DNA from: a virus
Taxonomy: Duplodnaviria > Heunggongvirae > Uroviricota > Caudoviricetes
Virus record (IMG/VR): IMGVR_UViG_3300023238_000006
Location: 1 to 64,000 of that record
Reading direction: 5' to 3' (one strand)
Length of the DNA stretch: 64,000 nt
Shown here one piece after another: positions 1-9,668 of this stretch (within the stretch, counting starts at the first letter, position 1; each line of letters begins with the position of its first letter). The notes under the pieces were generated by a model. The model was not told the origin of the DNA and ran no database searches. It saw nothing but the letters and a program-made list of their open reading frames with translations. A program made the position numbers and the translations under genes.

Positions 1-2280
1 CAGCACATCTCTATAGTATATTGTAGTATTGTCATCCCCTGTGTATCTAACAACTGTGAGGTTAGAATTGACATCATACTCTGTAGCTATTATATCTAAA
101 GAACCAAGTATCTTATCATACCTCTTAATAGCTCCTGCTGTACCAAGTGCTCTATCTATATCGCCAATATCAGTAGCAGCTGTATTAAGTATTAACTTAT
201 CAGCACCTGTTAACATCCCTGCCGCAATAGTAGTAGCAGCTGGTAATAAGGCATCAGTTCCATCAGAGCTCACCACAGTCACTGTAGTGGCTGTAGTAGT
301 CGTACTAAGGTTAGTGGTGACATTAGTTAGCTTAGCATTATTAAGTGCTGTATCGCTCTCTATAGTATCAAGATTAACTGGTTGTGTAATAGTAATGTTT
401 GCTACTTTAGCTTGCTCAATGTCGTCATACTCATTAGTATTAACATTAGCCTCATAGGCTAACTTAATAGAAGCATTGTCTAAGTTCTTATTTACAATAG
501 TCCAGTCAGCTTCTACAGCTGCTAAGGCTATCTCAGCAATAAGCATATCTCCAACTTCAACAGCTACTGCGAAGAATGTTCCTGCCACTGTTACTGTGTA
601 CATATCACCTTTAGCTATCACTACTGGTGTAGCTGCATCTAGGTTAGGAGTATTAAGTGCTGCATCGTAGCCGCCCTTGTAACTCATCTCACTTACTAGT
701 GCTGCTGCAACTTCTGCATCAACATAAGCTTTCACTGATTGCTGTGTAGGAACCTTAGTAGCTAAGTTTGATGTCATCAAGTCTTCATCTATAACGAACT
801 GCATGAGTGCTGTTGTGGTATCACCCTCTAATACCATAGTATTAATCTCAGCTGCTGTAGCTGTGACCCCTAATGTCACCAAGGCGGCAGCTGCTGACAA
901 GTCATCAACTAGTGAAGCACCAAATACACTTATAGTAGTACTTGCTGGGAGTACTAGTGTCTTGATATCTAAATCAACCTCACTATCCATCAGCGCACCA
1001 GCTGCTGTTACATTAATAGTATCAGTCACATCTGCTAATGCTTCAATACCATCCAGCTTAGTCTTATCTGCTGCTGTCTGTACACCAGCAACTGTAGGCG
1101 TAGCTGCAGATAGTACTGCATCTGTACCATTAGAACTAACTACAGTTACTGCTGTAGCTGTTGTAGTAGTAGTTAGGTCTGTAGGGTTATCAATCCAGTC
1201 TGTGCCATTATAGTGTCTCTGACGTAGTAGTACTGTGTCGAAGTACAAGTCACCTTGAGTCAGTGTAGGATGTGTAGTAATAGTTGGTGCAACACTTAGT
1301 GAGCCGTAGTAAGTATCAGCGAAGTTGTTGACATCAAGGATATTTGCTGCTACCGTGTTTACATTAGCTATTGATGCACCTGTTAAATTAACATTAGCTA
1401 TTGCGCCTGCAACAGTGGCTATGTTAGCAGAGTACGTCCCTAATGTATCAATGTTATTGGCTGTTGCTCCGGTGTTCAATCTATCCAAAGCGGCTGAAGT
1501 AGTAACATCTCCAAGAGCATCTATAGCAGCAGCAGTAGCCCCCGTATTTAATCTATCTATATTAGCTGCAGTAGCTCCAGTATTAAGTCTGTCTAAAGCT
1601 GCTGATGTTTGCGTGTCACCTAGTATATCTATCGCAGTAGAAGTCTGTAGATCACCAAGTCTGTCCATGTTGTCAGCTGTAGCGCCTGTGTTAAGTCTGT
1701 CAATATTATTAACAGTAGCACCTGTGTTCAATCTATCTATATTAGCTATGGATACGTAGATCCTGTCAAGAGTAATCTTATCAGCATAGAGACTGTCCAA
1801 CGTAGCCTTATCTGCTACTAAGCTGTCAAGCTTAGCCTTATCAGTAAACAATGAGTCTAGCTTAGCTTTGTCTGCAAAGATTGAATCCAACTTAGCCTTG
1901 TCAGCTAGTAGTGAGTCTAGAGTCAACTTGTCTGCATACAGTGAATCCAGTATAGCCTTGTCAGTCACTAAGCTATCCAGCTTAATCTTATCAGCGTATA
2001 GGGAGTCTAACTTTAGCTTTCTTACAGCTAAGTCCGTAACTGCTGTAGAGATTGCAGCTACTGTTACAACATCTTGATATATACTTGCTACCACAGCACT
2101 ATCACCAGCCATCAGCTTCATTGAGCCATAGATACCAGCACCAATCCTAGGAGTTAATCCATCATCTTCTGTAGTCTTACCAACTATATCAAAATATATA
2201 CCATCAGTGTAAGGTGCCTCAGGAAGCCCTGTACCACGCACCTCTCTTAAAACCTTGCTAAGTAGATCTGTCGCCATTAT
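1..2280 (-). CDS. Tail fibre / tailspike-like protein, 3' part runs off the left window edge. N-terminus MATDLLSKVLREV... begins at 2280. Contains tandem decapeptide LDSLxADKxK repeats and IDRLNTGAT repeats.
   Basis: Manual reverse-complement translation from the ATG at 2278-2280 gives a continuous ORF to position 1. The plus-strand track ORFs at 29-2077 are low-complexity antisense products of it. Repeat-rich, Thr/Ala/Val-rich fibre-like composition. Sits next to the packaging genes. Confidence 0.55.
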   Translation of the reverse strand, partial: MMATDLLSKVLREVRGTGLPEAPYTDGIYFDIVGKTTEDDGLTPRIGAGIYGSMKLMAGDSAVVASIYQDVVTVAAISTAVTDLAVRKLKLDSLYADKIKLDSLVTDKAILDSLYADKLTLDSLLADKAKLDSIFADKAKLDSLFTDKAKLDSLVADKATLDSLYADKITLDRIYVSIANIDRLNTGATVNNIDRLNTGATADNMDRLGDLQTSTAIDILGDTQTSAALDRLNTGATAANIDRLNTGATAAAIDALGDVTTSAALDRLNTGATANNIDTLGTYSANIATVAGAIANVNLTGASIANVNTVAANILDVNNFADTYYGSLSVAPTITTHPTLTQGDLYFDTVLLRQRHYNGTDWIDNPTDLTTTTTATAVTVVSSNGTDAVLSAATPTVAGVQTAADKTKLDGIEALADVTDTINVTAAGALMDSEVDLDIKTLVLPASTTISVFGASLVDDLSAAAALVTLGVTATAAEINTMVLEGDTTTALMQFVIDEDLMTSNLATKVPTQQSVKAYVDAEVAAALVSEMSYKGGYDAALNTPNLDAATPVVIAKGDMYTVTVAGTFFAVAVEVGDMLIAEIALAAVEADWTIVNKNLDNASIKLAYEANVNTNEYDDIEQAKVANITITQPVNLDTIESDTALNNAKLTNVTTNLSTTTTATTVTVVSSDGTDALLPAATTIAAGMLTGADKLILNTAATDIGDIDRALGTAGAIKRYDKILGSLDIIATEYDVNSNLTVVRYTGDDNTTIYYRDVL
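1380..1750 (-). repeat. Second imperfect tandem repeat family (about 11-residue IDRLNTGATxxN / LDRLNTGATAAN units) in the tail-fibre gene.
   Basis: Translation of the minus strand. The antisense plus ORF 1325..1759 shows the mirrored periodicity (VAPVFNLSI... repeated). Confidence 0.5.
1765..2020 (-). repeat. About nine tandem 30-nt repeats encoding the decapeptide L-D-S-L-x-A-D-K-x-K within the tail-fibre gene.
   Basis: Visible in the translation (LDSLYADKIK LDSLVTDKAI LDSLYADKLT ...) and as periodic cttatc/cttgtc...agcttagc units on the plus strand. Confidence 0.6.
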
Positions 2281-2296
2281 AATTCTCCCTTGTTAA

Positions 2297-2743
2297 TTAA
2301 ATCCATTGTATACCATCTGCAGGTACTTGCTCATAAGTCTTATTCCACTTGTGGGACTCTTCATAATTTCTATTAAGTACAGGATGAGTAACACCTGTTA
2401 ACTCATCAATCAACCACTGGTCAAATGCTGTTAAAGCTATTAGTAGCTCACCAGTCTTGACTATACCTTCTTGAGACTCATTGTACTCTTTCCAGAACAG
2501 CTTCTCACTAGGGCCAAACGTAGAAGCAGCAATACCTTCACCAGCTAGCTGTCTCCTAGCTTCTGTTAAGAAGTGAAGGTTCATATACACAGACATCACA
2601 CCATTACCATCATATTGTTTGCTATAAGGACTACTCTCTTTAGTTAAGTCCTTAGCTAAGAACATAGCTGCAGTATCTAGGGAGATTCTATTCTCTAGAT
2701 CTCCATACCTAGCACTAGACTGTAGTAAACTTCCTAGCCTCAT
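2297..2743 (-). CDS. Hypothetical protein (148 aa) between the tail fibre and terminase genes.
   Basis: ORF track. 4-nt ATGA-type overlap with the upstream gene, same orientation as its neighbours. No recognisable motif. Confidence 0.45.
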   Translation of the reverse strand: MRLGSLLQSSARYGDLENRISLDTAAMFLAKDLTKESSPYSKQYDGNGVMSVYMNLHFLTEARRQLAGEGIAASTFGPSEKLFWKEYNESQEGIVKTGELLIALTAFDQWLIDELTGVTHPVLNRNYEESHKWNKTYEQVPADGIQWI

Positions 2744-3204
2744 AATGTAAACTCACTAGAAGGAGCTACATAGTCTAAATCAACCACACCATTATGGTAA
2801 CTCTCTAACCTCATCTGATCCTGGATCTCATAAGTCTTAGCATTGTAATCCTTAATAATCCTATCAGCAGCATTTACATGGATACCACCCTTCTCTTTGC
2901 TAAGGTAACTAGCTAAGTATCTACTAACAGCAAACACTAGTTCTTCATCAATATCCATAAGGTCAGTATCTAGTGTGGGTGAAACGGGGGTGCGTATAAG
3001 GTAGTCACCTTGTGCAAGGCGTAGGACATCAGCAGTTGTACTGAGTGTCATTAAGTGTAATGAGTCTGCTTGCATAGCAACAGTAGTCAAAGCATACTGA
3101 ACTAGCCCAGACAACACCTCCACATCCTTAGGGATAACGTTATCACCCGTAAGTAGTCCAGTTGTGATGCTCTTAAACATGCTATATGTCATATTATTCT
3201 CCAA
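2740..3204 (-). CDS. Hypothetical protein (154 aa).
   Basis: ORF track, operon context. Confidence 0.45.
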   Translation of the reverse strand: MENNMTYSMFKSITTGLLTGDNVIPKDVEVLSGLVQYALTTVAMQADSLHLMTLSTTADVLRLAQGDYLIRTPVSPTLDTDLMDIDEELVFAVSRYLASYLSKEKGGIHVNAADRIIKDYNAKTYEIQDQMRLESYHNGVVDLDYVAPSSEFTL

Positions 3205-3258
3205 TGGTTTTATTAGGAGAATAATAGTATATTATCGAGGATTTGTCAAGAGGGGTAT

Positions 3259-4968
3259 TTAGGCGTAGCTGGTGTATGCACTGTCTTCTTCAACATCTGA
3301 GGAGGAGTTGCCCCACATAGCCCTATCTCTGCTATTAGTTGGTTTGAAGCTACCGGGTGATATGTTTGGAAACCTAAGCTCCATCATGCCTAGTTGACTA
3401 ATAACATCTGGAAAGTCATCATGACCTGCAAAGTTGCTCCATGTTGTGTACTTCAATTGGCTCATAGCTTCCTTCATATCAGGAGTGTCAACAAGTTCTA
3501 CTGGAAAGTGTATCTTGTGATTCTGAAACTGTGGTAACATAAACCTAAATCTCTCATGTTTACCCTGGCCACTAGACCTACTGTTAATGCCTTCTGCCCC
3601 AAACTTAGCACCCTTCTGTCTAGCAAAGGTAAACCATGTAGTTCTCTTTAACATCATCTCTTTAAGGGAGAACAGGTGGCTACGCTGCTGTCCATCAATT
3701 TCTATCCCAACCTCTACGTTTTTGCCCTTGCTCTGCCACATCTCCACCATGTTAAACAGCTCATTGTACTGCTCACCAATCCCTTGACGACGTAGACACA
3801 GATCTAGGAGGTAGTAGTCCCTGTTACTATTAACAGCCCAGCACGCTATTGCAGAGAAGTCTGACTTAGCTTCTGATGTAGTTGTGAAGTCGGTAGTTAT
3901 ATAGATGTTGTATGCATCGATCTTCTTGATTAAGTCTTTACGGCTGTACATCTCAATCATGTCTGTAGATATCATCCTATCCTCATCGGAACTAATACGC
4001 AACATCCTCTCTTGGTTAAATGACTTAGTGGACTTAGATGCTATTGCCTGTCTGTATTGTCTTATAACAGCCTCGTACGGATGCATAGCTGGCCAAGCAC
4101 CTTTGAACTCCTCAGCTGTCATATCAGCGGATATACTTTCACAAATAGGTAGCAGCACAGGGGTATATCCTCCACCTGTAAGTGTTTCTACCACAGGATC
4201 CCCAAGGTTGAAGGGAGTAGCTACTGAAAATATTCTTCCTCTAAGCCCCCCTACCAAACCATTCTCAAGGTCACTTGCGATTAGTTCTCTTAGAAGGCTC
4301 ATCTGTACCTCTGAGTAAGCTGCCTGTGTATTTAGAATAACGTCATCCATAATAGCATGATCGTAACGTTCACCATAGTTATCTCGGTTACCACGGATAT
4401 TACCACCTATACCGAGGTATCTAATTAGAAAGGCTCTACTCTTCTCTTTACCAATCCCATTTCTAACGAAGCGTGATTCAGTCTCTGTAAAGTCCATAGA
4501 CTCAAACCAGTTATTACAGAATACACTGTCCTCACACAAAGCCTGGACAGCTTTACTCATAACCTTAGCACCACCCATTGCACTTGCACCTAGAAGCAGG
4601 TGAAACCGAGTCTTATCACCATTAGGTACTACCCCTTTAATGGCACAGTAAATAGGGTAGAAGGCAGTAACTACTGTTGACTTAGCTAAGCCACGAGAAG
4701 CAACTATAGCAACCCTGTGAGGGTTAATAGGGATTGAGTCACATACTTCTTTGGAGTATGGAAATTGTTCTTTAGTAACTTGTCCAAACAGTACATCAAC
4801 CATGAAATAATGGGCTAAGGGCGTAGTAAATTCAAAGTCCTCTCCAGCTACCATTCTCATGATAGCAAAGAACTCTAATGCTTCCTCAGATGGGATGTAA
4901 TTGGGGAAGGAGTAATCAATAGTATTGAGAGCTTCCTCCATATCGAATAAGTGTAAATCTATACTCAT
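3259..4968 (-). CDS. terL: Terminase large subunit (ATPase plus nuclease).
   Basis: 569 aa. P-loop-like VASRGLAKST. C-terminal acidic nuclease-type segment KIDAYNIYITTDFTTTSEAKSDFSAIACWAV...YYLLDL, typical of T4/T7-type large terminases. Confidence 0.7.
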   Translation of the reverse strand: MSIDLHLFDMEEALNTIDYSFPNYIPSEEALEFFAIMRMVAGEDFEFTTPLAHYFMVDVLFGQVTKEQFPYSKEVCDSIPINPHRVAIVASRGLAKSTVVTAFYPIYCAIKGVVPNGDKTRFHLLLGASAMGGAKVMSKAVQALCEDSVFCNNWFESMDFTETESRFVRNGIGKEKSRAFLIRYLGIGGNIRGNRDNYGERYDHAIMDDVILNTQAAYSEVQMSLLRELIASDLENGLVGGLRGRIFSVATPFNLGDPVVETLTGGGYTPVLLPICESISADMTAEEFKGAWPAMHPYEAVIRQYRQAIASKSTKSFNQERMLRISSDEDRMISTDMIEMYSRKDLIKKIDAYNIYITTDFTTTSEAKSDFSAIACWAVNSNRDYYLLDLCLRRQGIGEQYNELFNMVEMWQSKGKNVEVGIEIDGQQRSHLFSLKEMMLKRTTWFTFARQKGAKFGAEGINSRSSGQGKHERFRFMLPQFQNHKIHFPVELVDTPDMKEAMSQLKYTTWSNFAGHDDFPDVISQLGMMELRFPNISPGSFKPTNSRDRAMWGNSSSDVEEDSAYTSYA

Positions 4969-5738
4969 AGCATCTCCTCATCTAGTTCTAGAATATCTCT
5001 ATCAAACAACTCAGAGTTGCCATCCCTTAACAGTGCTTGCCCATCCCACTTGTACACCCTGAACTGCTGTTTAATACGGGTTTCACTATCAATAGCGTCT
5101 TGCCCTACAGCAAAGCTCCATTCCTTAATAACTTCTATCTCGCCCTTGTTGTTACCTTTAAATCTTTCAGCAACGCTGCTGTTAGTTATACCAATTTTGT
5201 AAGCTGGGTGTCCCGCGTATGTAACTTTTAAGTAGTACATAATAGCTGGCAGGTATTTCTTAACCCTGCCGTTATACAGTGTCTTGCAATTACAAGAGTT
5301 ATCTCTACCTAATACATTATCAAGTGTTGAATCTATAGTATCCCCACATGTTAGGCACTCAAGCGTAATGGGCTGGTTAGCTGTAATATACGTAGACCGG
5401 GTGTAATCAAACACCTCCCCAAATTTAGATAGTACTCTAGCTTTAAAGTGTTCAAGAGACCCAGTGTGGAACTTAGTAGCTGCCTCAATACCACACTGAC
5501 TGCACCCAAACTTATAGTGGTTACTAGGAGTCTGCCAAAAACTACCATGAGTGCTACATACCAGCTCAACATTTATCTTGGTGCCTAAATTTATAGCCTT
5601 TGAGTAGTCATAGGTATCTCCATGAAATGATTTGGACTTAGCTTCAAAATTACTAGCAGCATTAGCTAGCCTAGCCTCCCACTTCTTACCCACGGTTGAT
5701 ACCCACATCTTCAAAGTTAATACCCATAACCTGCACAT
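4965..5738 (-). CDS. Putative homing-endonuclease-like protein. It has N-terminal tandem zinc-ribbon repeats (HG-F-Q-P--H---GC--CG) and a C-terminal T5orf172/GIY-YIG-like domain (YYLKV...YKIGIT...R).
   Basis: Motifs THGSFWQTPSNHYKFGCSQCG, LECLTCG and AIMYYLKVTYAGHPAYKIGITNSSVAERF. It is a paralogue of 26797..27846 and 55771..56649. Wedged against the terminase gene, a typical homing-endonuclease position. Confidence 0.55.
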   Translation of the reverse strand: MCRLWVLTLKMWVSTVGKKWEARLANAASNFEAKSKSFHGDTYDYSKAINLGTKINVELVCSTHGSFWQTPSNHYKFGCSQCGIEAATKFHTGSLEHFKARVLSKFGEVFDYTRSTYITANQPITLECLTCGDTIDSTLDNVLGRDNSCNCKTLYNGRVKKYLPAIMYYLKVTYAGHPAYKIGITNSSVAERFKGNNKGEIEVIKEWSFAVGQDAIDSETRIKQQFRVYKWDGQALLRDGNSELFDRDILELDEEML

Positions 5739-6474
5739 CTATAATACTCTCACCACCAGTAAGTCTAGCCCGTTGTTGAGTTATTAATTCCTTCAACTGA
5801 GCATTCATCTCTTCTTGAGCACTAAGTGCAGCTGCCCCAGGGCTAACTGTAATACTTAACTTCTGCTCCTCAGGTTGCTTAGTCAACACAGCTAACTCTT
5901 TAGCTGCTAAATGGGCAACCATGGGACTAACTGTCATCTTAGTCCCGTCATGGTTTAAACAAGTACCATTCATAATATCAAACTGCTTCTTAACAGCAGC
6001 ATGGAAGAAGGAGCTATATTGTAGGTAGACAGGTATCATCATCTCCTTATCAATCATCCCTACAAGTTTAGTACCATTATACATACTAATATGATTATCA
6101 GTCTGGCGGTTCTCAGCTACCAGTTTATTATACTTCTCAGGGAATACTATACTCCAAGCTTCTTTATTAGTATGGGAACGTTTAAGGTTACAATACTTAA
6201 TAGCATTAACTAAGTCCTTAATACCAACCCCTCTCATACCTCCCATTAAATGGAGGTAGCTCATGAAGTCTTCTTCCATCAACTCCTGTTCAAGGCCTGT
6301 GTCATCACCCATAGCATTGACTAACCTAACTATCTCCTCAGTAACTATTACATTAGTATTCTTAGGTAGCATTGTTTTAATCTTATCTATAGTTATACCC
6401 TGAAGCTCGTCAGGGACCATCCTTGTAGATCCACTACTTGGTGTGGATAGTAACTCTGTTCTAGTCTTTGCCAT
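5686..6474 (-). CDS. Hypothetical protein (262 aa). Its position upstream of terL makes a terminase small subunit possible.
   Basis: ORF track only. The assignment is by position and is speculative. Confidence 0.3.
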   Translation of the reverse strand: MAKTRTELLSTPSSGSTRMVPDELQGITIDKIKTMLPKNTNVIVTEEIVRLVNAMGDDTGLEQELMEEDFMSYLHLMGGMRGVGIKDLVNAIKYCNLKRSHTNKEAWSIVFPEKYNKLVAENRQTDNHISMYNGTKLVGMIDKEMMIPVYLQYSSFFHAAVKKQFDIMNGTCLNHDGTKMTVSPMVAHLAAKELAVLTKQPEEQKLSITVSPGAAALSAQEEMNAQLKELITQQRARLTGGESIIDVQVMGINFEDVGINRG

Positions 6475-6721
6475 TCTTATCTCCTATTGTATATGCATAT
6501 AAACTCTTCCCCACCTGGTGAGTACCTAGGTAGCCTTTATCCATTAACTCTCTCTTATACTTGCGATGAGTACTCACACCCATGCCTGTATGGTTCATCA
6601 TCTCTTCATCAGTTACATCTATATCACATCTGTCTAGCACATTAAGCAGGTAGAAGCTTCCTATACTAAGGGTAGACAGTGATAGTAGCCAATCAATAGC
6701 TGATAGCTTTATTACCTTCAT
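6461..6721 (-). CDS. Hypothetical small protein (86 aa).
   Basis: ORF track, same-strand operon. Confidence 0.35.
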   Translation of the reverse strand: MKVIKLSAIDWLLSLSTLSIGSFYLLNVLDRCDIDVTDEEMMNHTGMGVSTHRKYKRELMDKGYLGTHQVGKSLYAYTIGDKNGKD

Positions 6722-6966
6722 AGTAATCCTTATATTATTATAGTGGGAAGTATAGCAGGTAGTTGTTAAAAAGTAAAGGGTGTTGTTGTGAATGCCAGAG
6801 TAGGATCTGGCTAGTGTGGCTAGTTAGGCCTTTAGGATAAGGTATCCATCAAATCAAATCATTGGCGTGTCGTGAGTAACGGTTACGATACTAGTAGACA
6901 TAGTTAGGGCTTCTTCGGTACGGTATGGTTGGCCGATGCCTAGGTGGGAGTATACAAGGGCTAACC

Positions 6967-6992
6967 TTAATACACTCTTAATACACTCTTAC
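6967..6992. repeat. Tandem direct repeat taatacactct x2 in a minus-strand intergenic region.
   Basis: cttaatacactcttaatacactcttac read directly. Confidence 0.5.
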
Positions 6993-7040
6993 TTCTTACC
7001 GGGTTTATGAGGTTTCTTCTTACAAGCCATTACTACTCCT

Positions 7041-7478
7041 TTAGAATTTAATATCATTAGCTATATCTTCCATATTAATAGTATCTGGCAGTTTATATAT
7101 GGTATCAGGGATAGCACCTTCCAGCACTAGATCGAAAGTAACCTTAGCATCCTCCATAGGAACTACATAGCACTCAGTAGATCCTACCCATGTAGCCTTT
7201 GAGGTATAGCTATAGTTCCTAAAGAAGGACCTAAACACTAGCTCTAACTCAAATGGGTTATCACATTTCCGGTCTCTGATGATCTTAATAGAAGGGGTTC
7301 TACGCTCTTTAGACTTATCATAGATACTTTCACATATCTCCATCAACCGCCTCTTGCTAGATACCCCTGAGCTCTTACCATACTTCATCACTACCATACC
7401 TGTAGGAAGGGTTATCTCCATTAGGTAGAGCCTAAGCTGAGGCTTAGCTACATCCTGACCAACCTGCAGGAATGCCAT
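7041..7478 (-). CDS. Small T5orf172/GIY-YIG-like domain protein (145 aa).
   Basis: LYLMEITLPTGMVVMKYGKSSGVSSKRRLMEI resembles the YxxxI...KIGxT...RR core of the other three T5orf172-like genes in the window. Confidence 0.4.
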   Translation of the reverse strand: MAFLQVGQDVAKPQLRLYLMEITLPTGMVVMKYGKSSGVSSKRRLMEICESIYDKSKERRTPSIKIIRDRKCDNPFELELVFRSFFRNYSYTSKATWVGSTECYVVPMEDAKVTFDLVLEGAIPDTIYKLPDTINMEDIANDIKF

Positions 7479-7613
7479 AGTTAAAGGGTATACTCATTAG
7501 CAGCTCTATCAGCGATACCTTCTGCTTCCTGAATATCCCACAGCTTGCACCACTCCATCCAGGCATCTAGCCTTTCTGCCAAGGGTGCATCACTATAGAT
7601 GACCTTACTCACC

Positions 7614-7856
7614 TCAGACATCTAACACCTGAGTATGCTGGATGTAGGCATCATAGTTAAACACTTTGTATGTTACCATCATAGTAAAGTCCCCCTCATG
7701 GAGTACATCCATAGATACTTTAATATCCTTCATATGACGTATAGGTTTTGGTATAACACAAGGAGTAAAGAGTGGATGGGAGTTGCACACCATCCCTACT
7801 CTATGATCTCCACTGCAGTACTCACATATAGCTTTGTCTAGTAAAGGCAATATCAT
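7614..7856 (-). CDS. Hypothetical Cys/His-rich small protein (80 aa), possibly zinc-binding.
   Basis: CEYCSGDH...CNSH spacing. Weak. Confidence 0.3.
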   Translation of the reverse strand: MILPLLDKAICEYCSGDHRVGMVCNSHPLFTPCVIPKPIRHMKDIKVSMDVLHEGDFTMMVTYKVFNYDAYIQHTQVLDV

Positions 7857-8002
7857 TAGTTACCCCTCTCCATACTATACTTACCCCCATCAGTAATAGT
7901 AGAACATTTAGGGCATATCATAACCCCAAACATCTTAGGTATAGGTAGAACCTTCTCCCCACACCCAGGGCATTCTACTAGTTTATCTAGTACACTACTC
8001 AT
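7856..8002 (-). CDS. Small zinc-ribbon protein (48 aa, MSSVLDKLVECPGCGEKV...CPKCSTITDG...).
   Basis: Manual reverse-complement translation. Two CxxC pairs. Start and stop are coupled to neighbouring genes (TAATG overlap). Confidence 0.4.
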   Translation of the reverse strand: MSSVLDKLVECPGCGEKVLPIPKMFGVMICPKCSTITDGGKYSMERGN

Positions 8003-8005
8003 TGG

Positions 8006-8593
8006 TTACTTCTTTAGTCCGCAGCCAACACATACGCTGAATCTACCAAGGCGGTTATGTATAGCTGTAACCTCTGTAGAAGTGCTACATTTACATTTAC
8101 CTGTTGCTGGTGTAGGCTCTTTACCATCCTCTGGTAATATATCAAATCCTATATACCCTGTGACAGAATCAACACTATGAACAGTATATGTACTGCCATC
8201 GGGGGTACGGATGTAGGTAACACCCAGTGCTACAGCTTCATTAAGATCTAATGAGAACTGTGTACCATCCCACTCTGGAGTATCTGGAAGGTTACTAGTG
8301 ATGACTCCTATAATCCTGCCATCAGGTAGTGTGTGTAGATTACAATCACCAACTAGTGCAGACTCTAGGCTATCCTCTGTAGGAACCTCTGCCAAAATTA
8401 AGTCTTGTGAAGACTTTGGAGCTACTTCTTCTAGGTCTATAATAGTAACTGGTATCTCTACCTCATCAATAACTACAACCTCCACCTTAGCAGCTTCTAC
8501 CGCTGCTCTTACCACTTCCATCTCTTCATCTGATAATACATTATCTGTAGTATCTATATCTACTAGCTTTACATCATTCTTAGCTCTTGGCAT
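8006..8593 (-). CDS. Hypothetical acidic protein (195 aa), first gene of the leftward operon.
   Basis: ORF track. Begins immediately next to the divergent intergenic region. Confidence 0.45.
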   Translation of the reverse strand: MPRAKNDVKLVDIDTTDNVLSDEEMEVVRAAVEAAKVEVVVIDEVEIPVTIIDLEEVAPKSSQDLILAEVPTEDSLESALVGDCNLHTLPDGRIIGVITSNLPDTPEWDGTQFSLDLNEAVALGVTYIRTPDGSTYTVHSVDSVTGYIGFDILPEDGKEPTPATGKCKCSTSTEVTAIHNRLGRFSVCVGCGLKK

Positions 8594-8965
8594 ATGAATC
8601 CTTTTGTTTGTTTGCGGAAGTATACCATAACTATTCTATCCACTATCCTCTCAGACAACTCTCTGGAGGCTCTTGAGCAAACGTAAGGGTTTAGGTAGCT
8701 AACGGTATGGTTGTGTGAAGCAAATGGCCCAGAGGTGGGTTAGAATTATTCCTAGTGGCCTATGTAGATATTAGCTAGTTGTAACTACTCTTAGCTAGTG
8801 CTATTTCTCTTCTGAGTTATCTGCGCAGCTGATGGTGAAGGGGCCTTATGTGCCTTATAGTAATATTTTTATTTTTCAGGAATTGTAGTTGGTATTTCTG
8901 AATTAATCTAGGTAGTGGTTCCCTTATATAGGGGATTTATGGAAATAGCTATTGGCAGCTAAGGG

Positions 8966-8986
8966 GGAGGAGGAGGAGGAGGAGGA
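8966..8986 (+). repeat. (GGA)7 microsatellite inside the polypurine tract.
   Basis: ggaggaggaggaggaggagga. Confidence 0.8.
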
Positions 8987-9300
8987 TGGAGAAGAGGGAG
9001 AGGTATAGTGTGTGTAGGTGGTAGCTAGGCCTTAGCTAGGAGCGGTAGCGACGGTAGGGAAGGTAGAGGGTGGGTGGTGGGGCAGGTAAGTAGGTGTGGT
9101 TGCCTTGAGAGGGAGGGTCCACAAGAGGGTAGTAGGCAGTGGAGATGGTAGGTTCTCAGCTGTTTGGCTTATGGGGATATTTTGTTATTTTTTGGTAGGG
9201 GGTTAGTATAGCCCACACAAACCCACACTGCACCTCCCACCCCCCGCCTAGCTAACAGAGCAAAGGGACCCAAGAAACTTGCCAGTAGTATTAGTTGTAG

Positions 9301-9315
9301 CTCAGCTTAGCTGAG
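9301..9315. promoter_or_regulatory. Perfect 7-1-7 palindrome CTCAGCTTAGCTGAG, a candidate operator upstream of the first rightward gene.
   Basis: Read directly. Lies about 75 nt upstream of the 9388 start. Confidence 0.35.
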
Positions 9316-9387
9316 TACAGTGTGGTGGTACCAGTAGACTAGCTTGCACTCACCTGAGTCGATGAGCTACTACTCAAGGAGTATCAA

Positions 9388-9546
9388 ATGAAGTACACAA
9401 GCCTTAACTATAACAACTATGATGCTAAGTTTGACTTAGATTCATTCGAGGAAGTAATAGAGATAGCAGAGCCTACATACTACCTCAATGAGTACTGGCT
9501 AGTACTTGGAGTGGCAGTAACCTCCTCTTTGAGGAGTAGAGTGTAG
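9388..9546 (+). CDS. Small early protein (52 aa) with a good RBS (caaggagtatcaaATG).
   Basis: Manual translation. SD-like aagga 8 nt upstream. Confidence 0.4.
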   Translation: MKYTSLNYNNYDAKFDLDSFEEVIEIAEPTYYLNEYWLVLGVAVTSSLRSRV

Positions 9547-9668
9547 TGGAAGAATAGAGAACAGACAACATCGGTATCCTCTAACCGTAAGACCTAGCGA
9601 TACTAGAACTCTTTACAAAGCTTGCCGAATGGCTAATCATATTCATTAAACCGTAGGAGGTTACAACA

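Larger units (their letters stand above)
8600..9387. promoter_or_regulatory. Divergent strand-switch control region of about 0.8 kb. It holds an extreme polypurine (G/A) tract of about 300 nt, a (GGA)7 run, a G-quadruplex-capable GGGTGGGTGGTGGGG, and a C-rich tract.
   Basis: Direct composition reading. No ORFs. The leftward and rightward gene blocks diverge from it. Confidence 0.5.

Noticed and set aside
29-2077. Five plus-strand track ORFs (29-457, 476-670, 803-1213, 1325-1759, 1868-2077) with Ala/Val/Ser/Thr/Leu-rich low-complexity products.
   Set aside because: They are antisense to a single long minus-strand ORF (the tail fibre, ATG at 2280) that runs off the window. Their periodic composition mirrors the fibre's coding repeats. 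They are not independent genes.
3587-4318. Plus-strand ORFs 3587-3787 and 3905-4318 inside the terminase gene, and 5017-5231 and 5351-5572 inside the neighbouring genes.
   Set aside because: They are fully nested antisense to well-supported longer ORFs. They have no RBS and random-looking composition.
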